A stretch of DNA of 64,000 bases, taken from NCBI GenBank assembly GCA_965203095.1, contig OZ241877.1:640001-704000 (forward strand), in the 5' to 3' direction. The stretch is from Bdellovibrionales bacterium (GTDB lineage: Bacteria; Bdellovibrionota; Bdellovibrionia; Bdellovibrionales; UBA1609). This document shows positions 17,352 to 29,700 of this stretch, in pieces. The first letter of the stretch is position 1. Every line of letters starts with the position of its first letter. The notes beneath the pieces were generated by a model. It was not told the DNA's origin. It ran no database searches and was given only the letters and a program-made list of their open reading frames with translations. The translations under genes and the position numbers were made by a program.

Positions 17352-20306
17352 TCACTCCCCCTTCCCTGTATTGGACAAGTTTCGCTTTTCCTTAATCAAC
17401 CGTTCTATCCGGCTCTCAATTTCTTTTCTATCATCAGCTCCTGGCCGAAGATTAAAATATTCAGAATAGTAAGACCTCGCTTTGTAATATTGATCTTTGA
17501 TTTCATAAATAATACCTATTTCCTTATAAAGTTCCGGATGGCCGGAAAGTTCCTCTGTCCGAACCAACTGCTCTGCCAGTTGTAAAGCCGAATCCAAATC
17601 CCCTGCACCTTTATAACACTCAATAAGCCCAATGGAAATATCAATATTATTTCTAAAATATTTTGCGGCTTTTTGATACTCCTTTACACAAAGTTTATAA
17701 ATGGCCTGTTTTTCGACAAGATCACTAAAAGCTCCTTTGGATTTTAACCTGTAAATATCACCGGCCAGTTGATAGGGGAGAAAATTATTAGGAGTTTTAG
17801 CCGACTGAACTTTAGCAAACTTTAAAGCTTTTTTTAAATTATCTGCACCTTGTTGATGAAAATTAGCCAAACCTATATAATAATGAATGAGCGGATAATT
17901 GGAGTTGATTTGTAAAATTTTTTCAAATTCAGCTTCTGCCTGTTTATAATTCTCATGTTGCAGGTGAGCTTGTCCAACATAAAACACAGGCTCAGGATCT
18001 GATATATCCAATAAAGAAGCCTCTAAAAAATATCTTAAAGCTTGTTGATACTTCTCCCCTTGTTTTCCTTCTTTATAGGCTAAATAATCGTAAATTCTTC
18101 CCAAATAAATATAGGCCGGTTTGAACTTAGGATCTTTTTCAATAATACCAGAAAATTGATCCAAAGCCATATCATACATTCCTTTTTCAAAATAATATTC
18201 TCCTAAAGCTTGAGGATATTCCATCATCATCTCAAAACCATCAATTAATTTTTTAAACTGTTTTATTGCATGGCTGGAACCAAAAGCCAAATCCAAAGCA
18301 TACGCATAAGCTATTTGTGCTGAAATACTGTTCATATCATTTTGCACAGCCTTTTCCGCATAGCTAAAGGATTTATGAGCCTGCCCCAAAACACGATAAG
18401 CCCGGCTCAACAAAACATAAAGATCTATGTCTGAAGTGTAAAACTTCAAAGCCCTTTCAGCATAAGCAACAGCTGATGAGTATTCTTTTTTATGAAAATA
18501 CAAAAAAGCATAAGCTTTAAAAAGATCATAATTGCTGGGTTTTTGGCTTTTAACAGCTTTTAAAATTTCTTTAGCATTTTCAAAGTCATACAGTTCAGCA
18601 AGATATCTGGAGAGCAAAAAATAAGCCTCTAAAAACTGACCGTCAACATTGATGGCTCGTTTAAGCCAACGAATGGCCTGACCAAAAGCTCCGGCCAGCC
18701 AATAGCATTGAGCCAACTTAAAAGCGGCTTGAGCATTCTTTTTCCCGCCAACATTATAAGCTTTTTTAAAGTATTTTTTAGCTGAAGAGCAGTCCCCCTG
18801 ATCAACAAGCATATCCCCTTTATAAATTAAACTTGTGGGGTTAAGCTCTTCTTCAATAGAATCACTCTTTTCCCCAAGTTGGGATTTTAAAAGGTTAACA
18901 TTGGAATTTTCAGGATCCAAAGTGTAAGCCAAATTGGCATATTTTAAAGCCTCTACCTTATTAGCCCGTTTGATATAAATGTTAGCTAAAGCAAGATAAG
19001 CCTCTATTAAAATATCTGGCGGGACAAAATAATTTAAACGAACTAATAAAGACCTAAGTCTCTTTTCACTATTTCCAAATTTTTTAAGGATTTTGTATTC
19101 CAAGATTCCCATTCTCAAATTGGCCATATCATGACCTGGGAAAATATCCAGAACTTTTTGGTATGATTTTATAGCTAAATCATATTTACGATGTTCATAA
19201 AATATTTTCCCGGACAATAAATAAGGAGCTGTCCATTTTGGTTTTGTTTTATTTATACTTCGAATAAACCCTCCCGCCGGTGCTGTTTTGTTAAGAGCCT
19301 TAAGTGCCTGAGCCTTCATATAATAAAAATAAAAATAAAAAGGAGGAGGTTTATCCCCCATGGGGTTTAAAATACTATCAGTGATCATTAAAGACTGTGC
19401 CGGAGCTTTATTTATAAAAGCTTGAACCGATCGGCATATTGCCGAAAAAAAACCTCCTGAATCATATTCATTGGCCATTTCAATAGTCTTTTTAATAGCG
19501 TTCTTATCCCTCCTATCCTGATGTGAAAAAGGCCAAAGCTCTAAATAAGTAAGACAAAGGTAAAGATAAATTCCTTTCTCTTCTGGATGACTTTCCAACA
19601 ATCTAATATAATGTGTCTGAGATTTTAGATAGTTGGGAACGCCCCCTTTTAAAAACAAAGCCAAAGCTGTTTTTAGCTTGGCCTTTTTCTCAGACGGCGA
19701 CAAAGGCTCTCTTATTTGATCAACAGAAAATAAATGAACGGGGCCTTTTTCTGGCTGATGTTGTGTGTCCTGAACAAAAAAAATCACAGCACATACTACT
19801 AAAAAGAGAGTTAAGAAAGCCAAAAGAGGGACTTTAAAAGATTGTTTAAGTTTATCAAAAAAACCTTCCTGAATATCCTCCATTTCAATAATCTCACTGA
19901 CTCCCTCTTCTTCTAAAACGCTTTTTTTAAATTCTTTAGATAACTTTATTTTGATTTTTTTATCCTGAAAGTTTTTAGAAGATTCACTGCCTGATTGGGT
20001 ATTGATAACGCGAGTAGGCTCTATCAGCTCTTCTTTAGAGATGGACTCATCTAAGGACTCTTGTCCGCTTGTTGATTTTTTAGAAGAAGAGTGGCCAGAA
20101 TCACTTTTACTATGAAGAGAAGATAAAATCTTTTTATAAAAAACAGGATGAGTGGATAAAGGCTTCCATCTCCCAGAGGGATAAGAGGAAAAAAACTCTT
20201 CCCCTTTAAACTCTTTTTCCTCAATATAAAAACAAACTTCCCCTTCAGTATAAGGGCCAAAAATTCTGCCTTTTTTATCTTTTATTAACCAAAGCTTATC
20301 TTCCAT
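17352..20306 (-). CDS. membrane-anchored TPR protein with N-terminal GYF_2-like domain
   Basis: WLIKDKKGRIFGPY...GRWKPL, one TM helix, many TPR repeats. Start MEDKLW follows a GGAGG RBS. Confidence 0.8.
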   Translation of the reverse strand: MEDKLWLIKDKKGRIFGPYTEGEVCFYIEEKEFKGEEFFSSYPSGRWKPLSTHPVFYKKILSSLHSKSDSGHSSSKKSTSGQESLDESISKEELIEPTRVINTQSGSESSKNFQDKKIKIKLSKEFKKSVLEEEGVSEIIEMEDIQEGFFDKLKQSFKVPLLAFLTLFLVVCAVIFFVQDTQHQPEKGPVHLFSVDQIREPLSPSEKKAKLKTALALFLKGGVPNYLKSQTHYIRLLESHPEEKGIYLYLCLTYLELWPFSHQDRRDKNAIKKTIEMANEYDSGGFFSAICRSVQAFINKAPAQSLMITDSILNPMGDKPPPFYFYFYYMKAQALKALNKTAPAGGFIRSINKTKPKWTAPYLLSGKIFYEHRKYDLAIKSYQKVLDIFPGHDMANLRMGILEYKILKKFGNSEKRLRSLLVRLNYFVPPDILIEAYLALANIYIKRANKVEALKYANLAYTLDPENSNVNLLKSQLGEKSDSIEEELNPTSLIYKGDMLVDQGDCSSAKKYFKKAYNVGGKKNAQAAFKLAQCYWLAGAFGQAIRWLKRAINVDGQFLEAYFLLSRYLAELYDFENAKEILKAVKSQKPSNYDLFKAYAFLYFHKKEYSSAVAYAERALKFYTSDIDLYVLLSRAYRVLGQAHKSFSYAEKAVQNDMNSISAQIAYAYALDLAFGSSHAIKQFKKLIDGFEMMMEYPQALGEYYFEKGMYDMALDQFSGIIEKDPKFKPAYIYLGRIYDYLAYKEGKQGEKYQQALRYFLEASLLDISDPEPVFYVGQAHLQHENYKQAEAEFEKILQINSNYPLIHYYIGLANFHQQGADNLKKALKFAKVQSAKTPNNFLPYQLAGDIYRLKSKGAFSDLVEKQAIYKLCVKEYQKAAKYFRNNIDISIGLIECYKGAGDLDSALQLAEQLVRTEELSGHPELYKEIGIIYEIKDQYYKARSYYSEYFNLRPGADDRKEIESRIERLIKEKRNLSNTGKGE

Positions 20307-20422
20307 AACACTAACCTCCTGCCCATCGCACAAAAGGCTCTCTTAAGAAAAGTGTCCCAATTATTTAAAATCGCAGGGACAAAAGTATTTTAATCACAAA
20401 AAGCCATAATGAAAAGGTCTTT

Positions 20423-21718
20423 TTAAAAACCATTGCCTCCATCATAAAGCTCAACATTTGCAGAAAGGGATTTGAGCTTTAAATAAAAGCTTTCATAGCC
20501 TCTTTCAATATGATGAAGACCTGAGATCCGGCTTTCCCCCTCAGCCAACAGGCCAGCTAAGGCCAAGCCGGCTCCAGCTCTTAGATCTGTGGCCCTCATA
20601 TCATGCCCTTTCAAAACCACTGGCCCCTGGACAAAAGCCTTGCGACCTTTAACTGAAATACAACTTCCTAAAAGATTAAGTTGCTCCACATAACGGAATC
20701 GGTTTTCAAAAACAGTTTCCTCTAAAGAGGAAACTCCCTTAAGCTGAGTCATTAAAGCCATAAGTTGAGACTGCAAATCTGTTGGAAAGTCAGGATAAAC
20801 CCCTGTTTGAACACTCATAGCCGGATGATTTCTTCCATTTTTTTTTAAAAATATCTCTGAAGGGCTTGTTTTTATGACAAATCCCACAGCTTTTAATTTT
20901 TCCAAAAGAGAGGTCATAAGCTCTGGCCGGCAAGACTTTATTAAAAGCTCTCCCTTTGTGCAGGCTCCGGCAATCAACCAAGTGCCAGCCTCAATGCGAT
21001 CGGGCACAATTTTATAAGGCCGACCACAAGATTTTAACTCAGGAGTGCCGGTGATTTTTAATTCCCTCAAAGCTTTTTTTTCAATTTGAGCACCCAGGCT
21101 TTTTAGATAATTTATAAGCTCTAAAATTTCCGGCTCACAGGCTATGTTTTTAAGATAGCTTGTCCCTTCAGCTAAGGTGCTGGCCATGATCAAATTTTCT
21201 GTCGCTCCCACACTGGGGAATTTAAGTTTTATTTCACCAGCTTTTAACTTTTTAGGAGCTGAGGCATGAATTATCCCTTCTTCCACTACAATTTTTGCCC
21301 CCATAAGCCTTAGCCCTCGCAAGTGAATATCTATAGGTCGAGAACCAATATCACAACCTCCAGGGAGAGGGAGTTTCACTTGGCCAAACCTTGCCAACAA
21401 AGGTCCTAAACACAAAATGCCAGCACGAAAAGATTGAGCACTTTCCGGACAAGGGCTTTCCCCCACATAGCCTTCATTTTTAAGTCTCACTTTGCCGGAA
21501 CTGCTTTCATAAACTAAACCCAAAGAGGAGAGCATTTTTAAAGCTGATTGAACATCTTTTAATTTAGGGACATTGTGAAACTCATGCTCTCCATTAGCTA
21601 AAAGGCTGGCAAATAAAAGAGGGAGGGCAGAATTTTTTGCACCTGAGACACAAACCTCTCCTTGGAGAGGCAAGCCTCCGCGAATTTTGAGATAATGTTG
21701 TGGGCGATGGGTTTTCAC
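20423..21718 (-). CDS. murA: UDP-N-acetylglucosamine 1-carboxyvinyltransferase
   Basis: SGAKNSALP, LPGGCDIGSRPIDIH, SVGATEN, PDRIEAGT, FPTDLQ, ATDLRAG. Confidence 0.97.
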   Translation of the reverse strand: MKTHRPQHYLKIRGGLPLQGEVCVSGAKNSALPLLFASLLANGEHEFHNVPKLKDVQSALKMLSSLGLVYESSSGKVRLKNEGYVGESPCPESAQSFRAGILCLGPLLARFGQVKLPLPGGCDIGSRPIDIHLRGLRLMGAKIVVEEGIIHASAPKKLKAGEIKLKFPSVGATENLIMASTLAEGTSYLKNIACEPEILELINYLKSLGAQIEKKALRELKITGTPELKSCGRPYKIVPDRIEAGTWLIAGACTKGELLIKSCRPELMTSLLEKLKAVGFVIKTSPSEIFLKKNGRNHPAMSVQTGVYPDFPTDLQSQLMALMTQLKGVSSLEETVFENRFRYVEQLNLLGSCISVKGRKAFVQGPVVLKGHDMRATDLRAGAGLALAGLLAEGESRISGLHHIERGYESFYLKLKSLSANVELYDGGNGF

Positions 21719-22584
21719 TATGTGTTTCCCTTTTTAAAAGTAATAGCTATGCGAGGACGGCCTAACATATCTTTATGTATTTTATAAAAGCTCAGCTGTT
21801 TTTCCCGGCTCAAAAATTTTTTTACTGGCTCTAACTGATTCCCTCCCAATTCAAAAATATAAATCCCTCCGGGAGTCAAAAGCTGAATAGCTTTTTTAAA
21901 CCAAGAGATAATATGCCCCATCCCTCCTTGGTCAGAAAAGATCGCCAAAGGAGGATCAAAAAAAAACACTTCATCACTCAAACTCTTATCCTGGGGATCA
22001 ACATAAGGGGGATTGGCCACTATAAGAGAGGGGGCTTGCCCTAAAAAGGCAATTAAATCTTTTTTTTGTAAACAAGAAACATCTTTTTTCAAAATTTTTA
22101 ACCTCTGATGGAGTTTCATGGTTTGGCTGTTTTTTTTCAAGCAGAAGATCGCCTTAGAGCTTATCTCCACTGCTACAAATTGGCTATTGGCTAAGCTGGA
22201 CAAAATGGACAAGCACAAAGTGCCAGAACCTGCCCCTAAGTCCACCGCTTTTAAATTGTTATCTGAAATATTGTTTAAAACCCATTTTACAAGAGTCTCT
22301 GTCTCTTGACGCGGGATAAACACTCCCGGCTCAACAAAAAATTTCTGATTTAAAAAAAACTTTTCCTGCAAAATATGCTCTAAAGGTTCTTTTTGTTTCC
22401 TCCTTTGAATTTTATCCCAAAAAAAAGTTTCATTATTTTTTGTCACCTCATCAGTTTTAAGATATATCTCAGTGGCAGAACATTGTAAAACCTCGGAAAG
22501 TATCCAAAGGCTTTCCTGATAAGGATTAACTGCAACCTCTTGAAGTTGCTTTCGAGCTTTTTGAAGGAGATCTAAAGTTTTCAT
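21718..22584 (-). CDS. prmC: release factor glutamine methyltransferase
   Basis: FIPRQETE, DLGAGSG, ANPPY; directly downstream of prfA. Confidence 0.92.
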   Translation of the reverse strand: MKTLDLLQKARKQLQEVAVNPYQESLWILSEVLQCSATEIYLKTDEVTKNNETFFWDKIQRRKQKEPLEHILQEKFFLNQKFFVEPGVFIPRQETETLVKWVLNNISDNNLKAVDLGAGSGTLCLSILSSLANSQFVAVEISSKAIFCLKKNSQTMKLHQRLKILKKDVSCLQKKDLIAFLGQAPSLIVANPPYVDPQDKSLSDEVFFFDPPLAIFSDQGGMGHIISWFKKAIQLLTPGGIYIFELGGNQLEPVKKFLSREKQLSFYKIHKDMLGRPRIAITFKKGNT

Positions 22585-23639
22585 TTTAACTCTAAGCTTT
22601 GATAATACTGCCTTAAGGCAGAAAACAGATCAGACAGATCCCCCCCCATAATAGCAGAAAGATTCTTTTTCGTAAAAGGAATGCGATGATCTGTCAGGCG
22701 AGATTGAGGGAAGTTGTAAGTTCGTATCCTTTGGGATCTGTCTCCTGTCCCTATTTGGCTTTGCCGTTTTTGGGATTCCTCTTTTTTCTTTTTTTCTGTT
22801 TGCAAGTCTAACAATCGGGCGTAAAGTATTTTCATGGCCTTTTCTTTATTGGCATGTTGAGATTTTTCCTGCTGGCAATACACCGTGATTTTTGTTGGAA
22901 GATGAACCACCCGAATAGCCGAGTCAGTGGTGTTGACATGTTGCCCGCCAGAACCACTGGATTTACAAGAGTCTATCCGCAAGTCTGAAGGATTGATTTG
23001 AACATGAATAGGGTCGGCCTCTGGCAAAACAACCACTGTGACTGTGGAAGTGTGGAGTCGCCCTTGGGATTCTGTTTTAGGCACCCTTTGCACCCGGTGA
23101 ACTCCTGATTCATATTTTAAAACACTATAAACTTCGTTCCCGATAATGTGGGCGATAACCTCCTTATAACCTCCAAGATTGCCTTCAGAGATAGAGATAA
23201 TGTCTATTTTCCAAGACTGAGACTCCGCATAAGAGCTGTAAGCCGAAAAAAGCTCTTGAGCAAAAAGGCTGGCTTCATCCCCACCGGCACCGGCACGAAT
23301 TTCTAAAATAATGTTTTTTTTATCATTAGGGTCTTTTGGCAAAAGATGAATTTTAATCTCCTCTTCCTTTTCTGCCAATTTTTGAGAAAGATTTTGAATC
23401 TCCTGTTTAGCCAGTGATAAAAGCTCAGGATCTTTTTCCTTTTTTAAAATAGATTTGCTGGCTTGTATTTGCCTCTCTATATTCTCGCATTGGCAAATCA
23501 ACTGGTAAACTTTCTCTCTACCGCTTAACTCCCGGCCCCAATCAGACAGAATTTTAGGATTTTTCGCGTTTTTTGGATCATTGAGCTTTTCTTTGATTTG
23601 TAAATACTCTTGTTTGAGTTGTGCAAAATGTTTTTTCAT
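22581..23639 (-). CDS. prfA: peptide chain release factor 1
   Basis: EIRAGAGGDEA, GVHRVQRVPKTE (PxT), GGQHVN, RIRTYNFPQ. Confidence 0.97.
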   Translation of the reverse strand: MKKHFAQLKQEYLQIKEKLNDPKNAKNPKILSDWGRELSGREKVYQLICQCENIERQIQASKSILKKEKDPELLSLAKQEIQNLSQKLAEKEEEIKIHLLPKDPNDKKNIILEIRAGAGGDEASLFAQELFSAYSSYAESQSWKIDIISISEGNLGGYKEVIAHIIGNEVYSVLKYESGVHRVQRVPKTESQGRLHTSTVTVVVLPEADPIHVQINPSDLRIDSCKSSGSGGQHVNTTDSAIRVVHLPTKITVYCQQEKSQHANKEKAMKILYARLLDLQTEKKKKEESQKRQSQIGTGDRSQRIRTYNFPQSRLTDHRIPFTKKNLSAIMGGDLSDLFSALRQYYQSLELK

Positions 23640-23711
23640 AAAAACCTCTGTTCATCTTAAGGACAAGGCCCCAGTGCAGGAAATAAAATTAAGAAAAAGA
23701 TTTTAAAGAGG

Positions 23712-25166
23712 CTAACTGCTCATGTTGTCAAGAAAAGCTTGATTCGTTTTGGATGCCTTGAGCTTGTCAAGTAAAAACTCTAAACTGTCAACTACTCCCA
23801 TTGGAGCCAAAACTTTTCTTAAAACAAATAGACGATCCATCTCTTTTTTAGCGGTTAGCAGTTCTTCTTTCCGTGTTCCGGATTTGTTGATGTCCATACA
23901 AGGGTAAATTCGCTTTTCCATAGGTTTTCTGTCCAAATGGATTTCAGAGTTCCCCGTCCCTTTAAACTCCTCAAAAATCACTTCATCCATACGGGAGCCA
24001 GTATCTACTAAAGCTGTAGCCACAATGGTCAAACTGCCCCCTTCCTCAATGTTCCGGGCGGCACCAAAAAATCTTTTAGGCTTATGTAAGGCATTGGAGT
24101 CCACCCCTCCAGAAAGGATTTTTCCCGATGGGGGGATGACAGTATTATAAGCTCTGGCCAAACGGGTAATGGAATCTAAAAGCACCACCACATCGTATTT
24201 ATTTTCCACCAACCTTTTAGCCTTTTCAATCACCATTTCGGCCACTTGAACATGCCTTTGTGGAGGCTCGTCAAAGGTAGAAGATACCACTTCCCCCTTA
24301 ACATGCCGGGACATATCGGTCACTTCCTCCGGCCGTTCATCAATAAGCAAAACAATTAAAACCACTTCGGGATGATTTGCGGAAATGGCATTGGCAATAC
24401 TTTGCAAAAGCATGGTTTTCCCTGTGCGAGGCGGAGCCACAATTAAAGCCCTTTGCCCTTTGCCTAATGGAGCCATTAGATCCACCACTCGAGTAGTTAA
24501 CTCTTTAGGCTGAAATTCTAAACGAAAACGATCTTGAGGATATAAGGGAGTTAAATTGTCAAAAAGATTTTTATCTCGGCTCTTTTCTGGTGGATTAAAA
24601 TTTAACTGCTCAATTTTTAAAAGAGCAAAATACCTCTCCCCTTCTTTAGGAGAGCGAATGGTCCCACTAATGCTGTCTCCACTTTTTAAGCCCCATCTCC
24701 TGATTTGAGAAGGACTAACATAAATATCATCCACAGAGGGCAAATAATTGTAATCCGGAGAGCGAAGGAAGCCATAGCCCTCAGATAAAACCTCTAAAAC
24801 CCCGTTGCCTAAAATATCCCCTAACTGGCCGGCCCTTTTTAAAATTTCAAAAACCATGTCCTGCCGTTTCATCCCGCCGGGACTTTCTATTTTTAGTTTG
24901 TGGGCCAATTTTGTAAGGGAATGAATGTCTTTTGATTTGAGGTTTTTTAGATCTAACTCCTTTTTTTCCTCCTCTGTCAATTTAATACTGGACAGATCCA
25001 CAGGGGGAGAAGGCTCTCGGTAAGCGGATTCCCCTCCGGGGCCATTTCGTGTATTGCCACGAAGACCATACCGTGCTCTTTTCCCGCCATTCCGGCTATA
25101 GGAATGAGGTTTTTCACGGCTCGGAGCAGGTGCTCCAGAAGGAAAAGGAGGTTTGTCTTTTTCCAT
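23712..25166 (-). CDS. rho: transcription termination factor Rho
   Basis: [42 protein letters not shown]. Confidence 0.98.
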   Translation of the reverse strand: MEKDKPPFPSGAPAPSREKPHSYSRNGGKRARYGLRGNTRNGPGGESAYREPSPPVDLSSIKLTEEEKKELDLKNLKSKDIHSLTKLAHKLKIESPGGMKRQDMVFEILKRAGQLGDILGNGVLEVLSEGYGFLRSPDYNYLPSVDDIYVSPSQIRRWGLKSGDSISGTIRSPKEGERYFALLKIEQLNFNPPEKSRDKNLFDNLTPLYPQDRFRLEFQPKELTTRVVDLMAPLGKGQRALIVAPPRTGKTMLLQSIANAISANHPEVVLIVLLIDERPEEVTDMSRHVKGEVVSSTFDEPPQRHVQVAEMVIEKAKRLVENKYDVVVLLDSITRLARAYNTVIPPSGKILSGGVDSNALHKPKRFFGAARNIEEGGSLTIVATALVDTGSRMDEVIFEEFKGTGNSEIHLDRKPMEKRIYPCMDINKSGTRKEELLTAKKEMDRLFVLRKVLAPMGVVDSLEFLLDKLKASKTNQAFLDNMSS

Positions 25167-25301
25167 AATAGATAGACGCTTCTGAAATAAAATTGGTGGT
25201 TTTACCTTTGAAGACTACCCAACAACTTAATTAAAAAAATTGACTTTGTCAAATAAAAAAATCAATAAAATAAATTTTTTTATATTTGACGAAAATATTA
25301 C

Positions 25302-26546
25302 TTATACCTCAATATTTGTTGCCGTATAATCAAAATCCCTCTGCCTTCGTTTTTTAAGAATTAAGCGGATAATCAAAATCAGCACAACAACTATGCCGAT
25401 CAAGGCCACAAGCAACTCTTTTTGACCTAAAATAGCTTGAAAAAGCCCAGGTTTTTTGTCTTTTTCCGGAGAAACTAACTTATCACCGGGGGGCAAAGGG
25501 GGGAAATCGTCTTTCAATTCAGGAGAAGGAGGCTCTAAATTTTCCAAATTTTCATCCGTTCCGGCTGGAGGCAAAGAAGAAACTGATTTTTCCTCCTCCA
25601 CTGCGGTTTCTTTTTTATCCTCCACAGGGGGGGCTTTAGCCACCGTTTCCTTTGGCCAATATATAATATTTACACTTTCTGTAATGTCCCCCTTGGATTT
25701 CAGGTTGGGATTGGTCGCCCAAATCTCTTTCCAGCTGTTAGGATGGCCTAAAAGCTGAGCAGACACTTTTCGAATATTATCCCCAGGAGAGAGGCTATGG
25801 ACAGAGCTGGAGGCATTGATATCTTGATAGTAAAACAACAACTGCGAGCGATCCTGTGCCCGTGTAGGAGAGTTGTAATAGATTTTATCCCCCACTTTCA
25901 CCGATCGAGATTTCAGCTGAGGGTTGATTTTAGACAAGCTATCTAATTGTGAAGAACCATAGATTTTTTGGCTGATAGACTCTAAAGTGTCATTAGGACG
26001 AGCAATGTAAACCGCATTGACTAAATATCCTGCCTTTTCATACGGAGCTGTAGCTATCTTTTTCAAAGGGATAACAGAGGGTTTAGGAGGTGCTGGAGTT
26101 GAGGGCTGAACAGTAGGGGGGCTTTCTTCCGGTGGGGCTAAAGGGCTTATTTCCTCAGAGGACTCCTCTGATTCTTCTGAAGAAAATTCCTCCTCTTCAG
26201 CATAATCTTCCTCCTCTCCAGTTTCTACAACAAAACCATTATCGCTATCCTCTTCACCATCGAGAGGAAATTCCTCTTCATCTTCATCTGAAGAACTAAA
26301 AATACGGCTAAAAAAGCCTATTAAGCCACCCGATTCCTCTTCTTCTCCTTCAGAAAAATCCTCCTCATCTTCCTCCTCTTCCACAAGCAGTTCTTCTTCA
26401 TCCTCTACAAGCTCTGGATCCTCATCCATTTCCTCTTCGTCATAAAGATCCTCTTGTGCCGAATCCTCTTTTCCCCCAAGAAAAGCACATGAGGATAAAG
26501 AGACAGAAAGCAATGATAAAAAAAAGAAAAAAATAAGCTGTTTCAC
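25302..26546 (-). CDS. LysM-domain lipoprotein with acidic linker and C-terminal TM helix
   Basis: Lipobox-like LSSC, long E/D-rich tract, YIARPNDTLESIS and PGDNIRKVS..WKEIWATNP LysM-like repeats; GTG start. Confidence 0.7.
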   Translation of the reverse strand: MKQLIFFFFLSLLSVSLSSCAFLGGKEDSAQEDLYDEEEMDEDPELVEDEEELLVEEEEDEEDFSEGEEEESGGLIGFFSRIFSSSDEDEEEFPLDGEEDSDNGFVVETGEEEDYAEEEEFSSEESEESSEEISPLAPPEESPPTVQPSTPAPPKPSVIPLKKIATAPYEKAGYLVNAVYIARPNDTLESISQKIYGSSQLDSLSKINPQLKSRSVKVGDKIYYNSPTRAQDRSQLLFYYQDINASSSVHSLSPGDNIRKVSAQLLGHPNSWKEIWATNPNLKSKGDITESVNIIYWPKETVAKAPPVEDKKETAVEEEKSVSSLPPAGTDENLENLEPPSPELKDDFPPLPPGDKLVSPEKDKKPGLFQAILGQKELLVALIGIVVVLILIIRLILKKRRQRDFDYTATNIEV

Positions 26547-26726
26547 AGCAAAACTTCCCTGTTGATTCCAATCTAAATCAAAAACAAGACTGAAGGGAAG
26601 TGGAAAGAATCTATATTCAGACCATAGTCCTAATTTTAATTTGAAAATTTTTTGTTTGAATCAATAAATAGTCAATCCTGAAAGACAAAGTATTCTCCCG
26701 CTTAAGGCAAGAACCAAAAAATTGTC

Positions 26727-29700
26727 TTAAACCAGGTGAGCTGAAATATCCTTAGCCTTCATATCTACAGACACAATTTGAGAAACCCCCGGCCTCTCCA
26801 TTGTGACGCCATAAAGCTTCCCGCAAGCCTGCATACTGTGTTTGTTATGGGTAATTACAATCACCTGGCTGGCCCTTGACATTTCTTTAAGAATGGAGAG
26901 GAACCGGATCACATTGGAATCATCTAAAGGGGCATCGGCCTCATCAATTACACAAAAAGGCGATGGCCTAACTAAAAATAGAGAATAAACAAGACAAATT
27001 CCTGCCAAAGCCTTTTCCCCTCTGGAAAGCAAGCTCACACTTTGGTTTTTTTTGCCCGGAGGCTGTATCAAAATATCCACGCCCGGCTCTTCCTGACTTT
27101 CCGAATCTTCTTTTAAAATGAGTTGTGCTTTGGCCTGCTCTCCGGGAAAAATCACAGAGAAAACCTGTGAAAATCGCTTATTGATCTCCTCCAACATATC
27201 GTTAAATCGGGCACTGCAAATTTTATCAACATGAGCAATCACTTTCATAATTTCTTTTTTAGAGTTAAGCATATCCTCTTTTTGCCCATTTAAAAAGAAA
27301 TTCTCTTTAGATAGCTTTTCATATTCCTCTAAGGCCAAAAAATTGACTTCCCTGATCCGGCTCAGCTGTTTTTCATAATGATCCCTTTCTGCTTTGAGTT
27401 TCTCTAAAGGGATCTTTTCTGGTGAAGGGCTGTAGTCCTCAATACGGGACTGACAATTTTCTAAAAATTGAGCTTTAATATGTGTTTTTTCCAGCTCCTT
27501 TTTTTCCTCCTCGGATTGTAAATTGTTAATTTCCAATTTGATTTGAAAAACTGTAGACTCCATCTCCTTTATAGATTTTTCCTGATTTTCCTTAAGCTCC
27601 CGGCTTTGCTGATAATCATCCTGACAAAAAATAAGCTGTCTTTCTAATTCTTTCTTTTTTTTCTGAATGAACTGCAACTCTTGCTGGCCATTTCCATCAG
27701 CTTTTCCATCGGAGTTATCCTGTGGAGCTGACTTTTCACGACCTTCTATATGATCCATTAAACCCAGTAAAAGGGATATTTCCCGTTCTCTGTTTTTTTG
27801 CTGGCTTTGATTATCTAATAACTCCTGTTCTTTTTGGATCTTAATAACATTTTGAGCCTTAAACGCTCTTACTTCCTCTAACTGCTTTTTCCACTGAGTT
27901 TCTTTAAGAGAAAGGTTGGCCCCTACTTTTTGAATTTCCTTATGGCCAGCAGACTTCTTTAAAATCAGGTTTTGTTTCTCTTTTTCAAAATGAATTATTT
28001 TTTGCTCATTCTTTTTACGACTTTCCGAAAGTTTTAAAATATCTCTCTCTTTATGTTCTAAATCCTTTTGAGCTGAGATCAAGCTTTCAAAATTTTGGTT
28101 AAATGCCTCCGCCCAACTTTGCTTTTCACTTTGCATGTGGCTCAACTGCTTATCAAGAGCTTCTAAGTTCATCCTTTTGACTTTAAGTGCGGTTTTTTGA
28201 TCCATTAGCTTTTCTGAAAGCTCCTCAATTTGAGAGTGAATCTCGATCAAACCCGCTCCTTGTTTAACAGATCCGGCATAAACAAAAGAATCCCTGGCCA
28301 CAAAATCCCCGTCCTGCGTGACGAACTGAAAAGCCGGAAATTGCCTTTTCAGATCAAAAGCGGAGGGCAGGTCAGAGACAACAGCTGTTTGTTCTAACAG
28401 AGCTTTAAGAGGCTCTGTGTGAATATTCCATTTTACTTTTTCATCTAAAAAACAAATGAAGGCAGGATAATCACGCAATTTTTTTCGAGAATCGGCTGAA
28501 ATCGGCATAAAAGGAAGAGAGCTTAAAAAACAAGCCTTCCCTTTATTGCCCGTTTTCAATCTTCTAACAGCGGGAATAATATCTGTCTCCTCTTTAGGAA
28601 TGAGAGCTTGAGCTGAAGGCCCTAAAACAGCTCCTAAGGCAGAAATATACTGAGGGTCTATCTTTAAATTTTGAAATAGAGGCTCAAACTCCCCCGGCTT
28701 CCATTTATTTAAATCCCCTGCCCCTTCACTAATTGATTCAAAATGACTTATGAGCTTTTTCATCTCCTCTATTTTACTCTGTAAGGCAGAAATGCTTTGG
28801 TTCATGTTGTTGGCCTCTGTTTCCATATTCTGTTTTTTATCTAAGAGGTTTTGCTTTTTCTCCTCTATAAGGCATAGGCTTTGCTCTAAATCCCAACGAG
28901 CATTTTCCCGCTTTTTTAAAAGACCCCTCAGTTGATCTTTTTCACCAATGCTCTCTTGGATTTGTGTTTGAAGACTGCCTTTTTCCTCCAATAATTTCCC
29001 GATCTCTCTTTCAATAAAATCCAATTGTGCCCGCAAACTCTCAATGTCAGCCATAGCGGATTTTTTGGTTTGAAGAGCCTCATCTATTTGATGTCGGATC
29101 CGCCCAAGGGAATCCTCTAAATCCTCAATATCCGGCTTGTTTTTAAAAAAAGATTGGATTTCCTTCAGTTGGGATTGAAGGGCCTTTTCCCGATCCTTTA
29201 AATCCTTTTGTTTGCCTCTTATGCTTTCCACTAACTCAGAGGCTTTAAGCCGACGAGTTTTTAACTGCTCTCGGCTTTCCTTTTTCATATTTTCAATTAA
29301 CTCTAAAGCCCCCACTCGATCCCGCAAGCGAGTCTCCTCTAAAGTCTGATTCATAATGTCCTGTTTGATAGCAGAGATTTTGGAATTTCCCTCTTCTATT
29401 TGATTTTTTGTTGTTTGGATCTGGGCTTGCTTCTCCTTAATTTTTTCCTCCAAATCCCTCGCCTTTTGTGTTTTTTCTAACTTGTCTGCTTTTAAAAAAA
29501 CCTGCTCCCTTTTTAATTTTTGATAAGTGCGAAAAATATTCTCTCTCTCATTTTGTTTGATTTTTTGTTCCCGAATTTCAATTTCTTTTTTGAGTTTTCT
29601 ATATTTTTCCGCTGTTTTGGCTTGGTTAGATAACTGGCCCAGTTGAGTCTCCTGAAGTTTTAAAACATCTTTAAGCCTTTGCAAATTTTGGCTGACCAAA

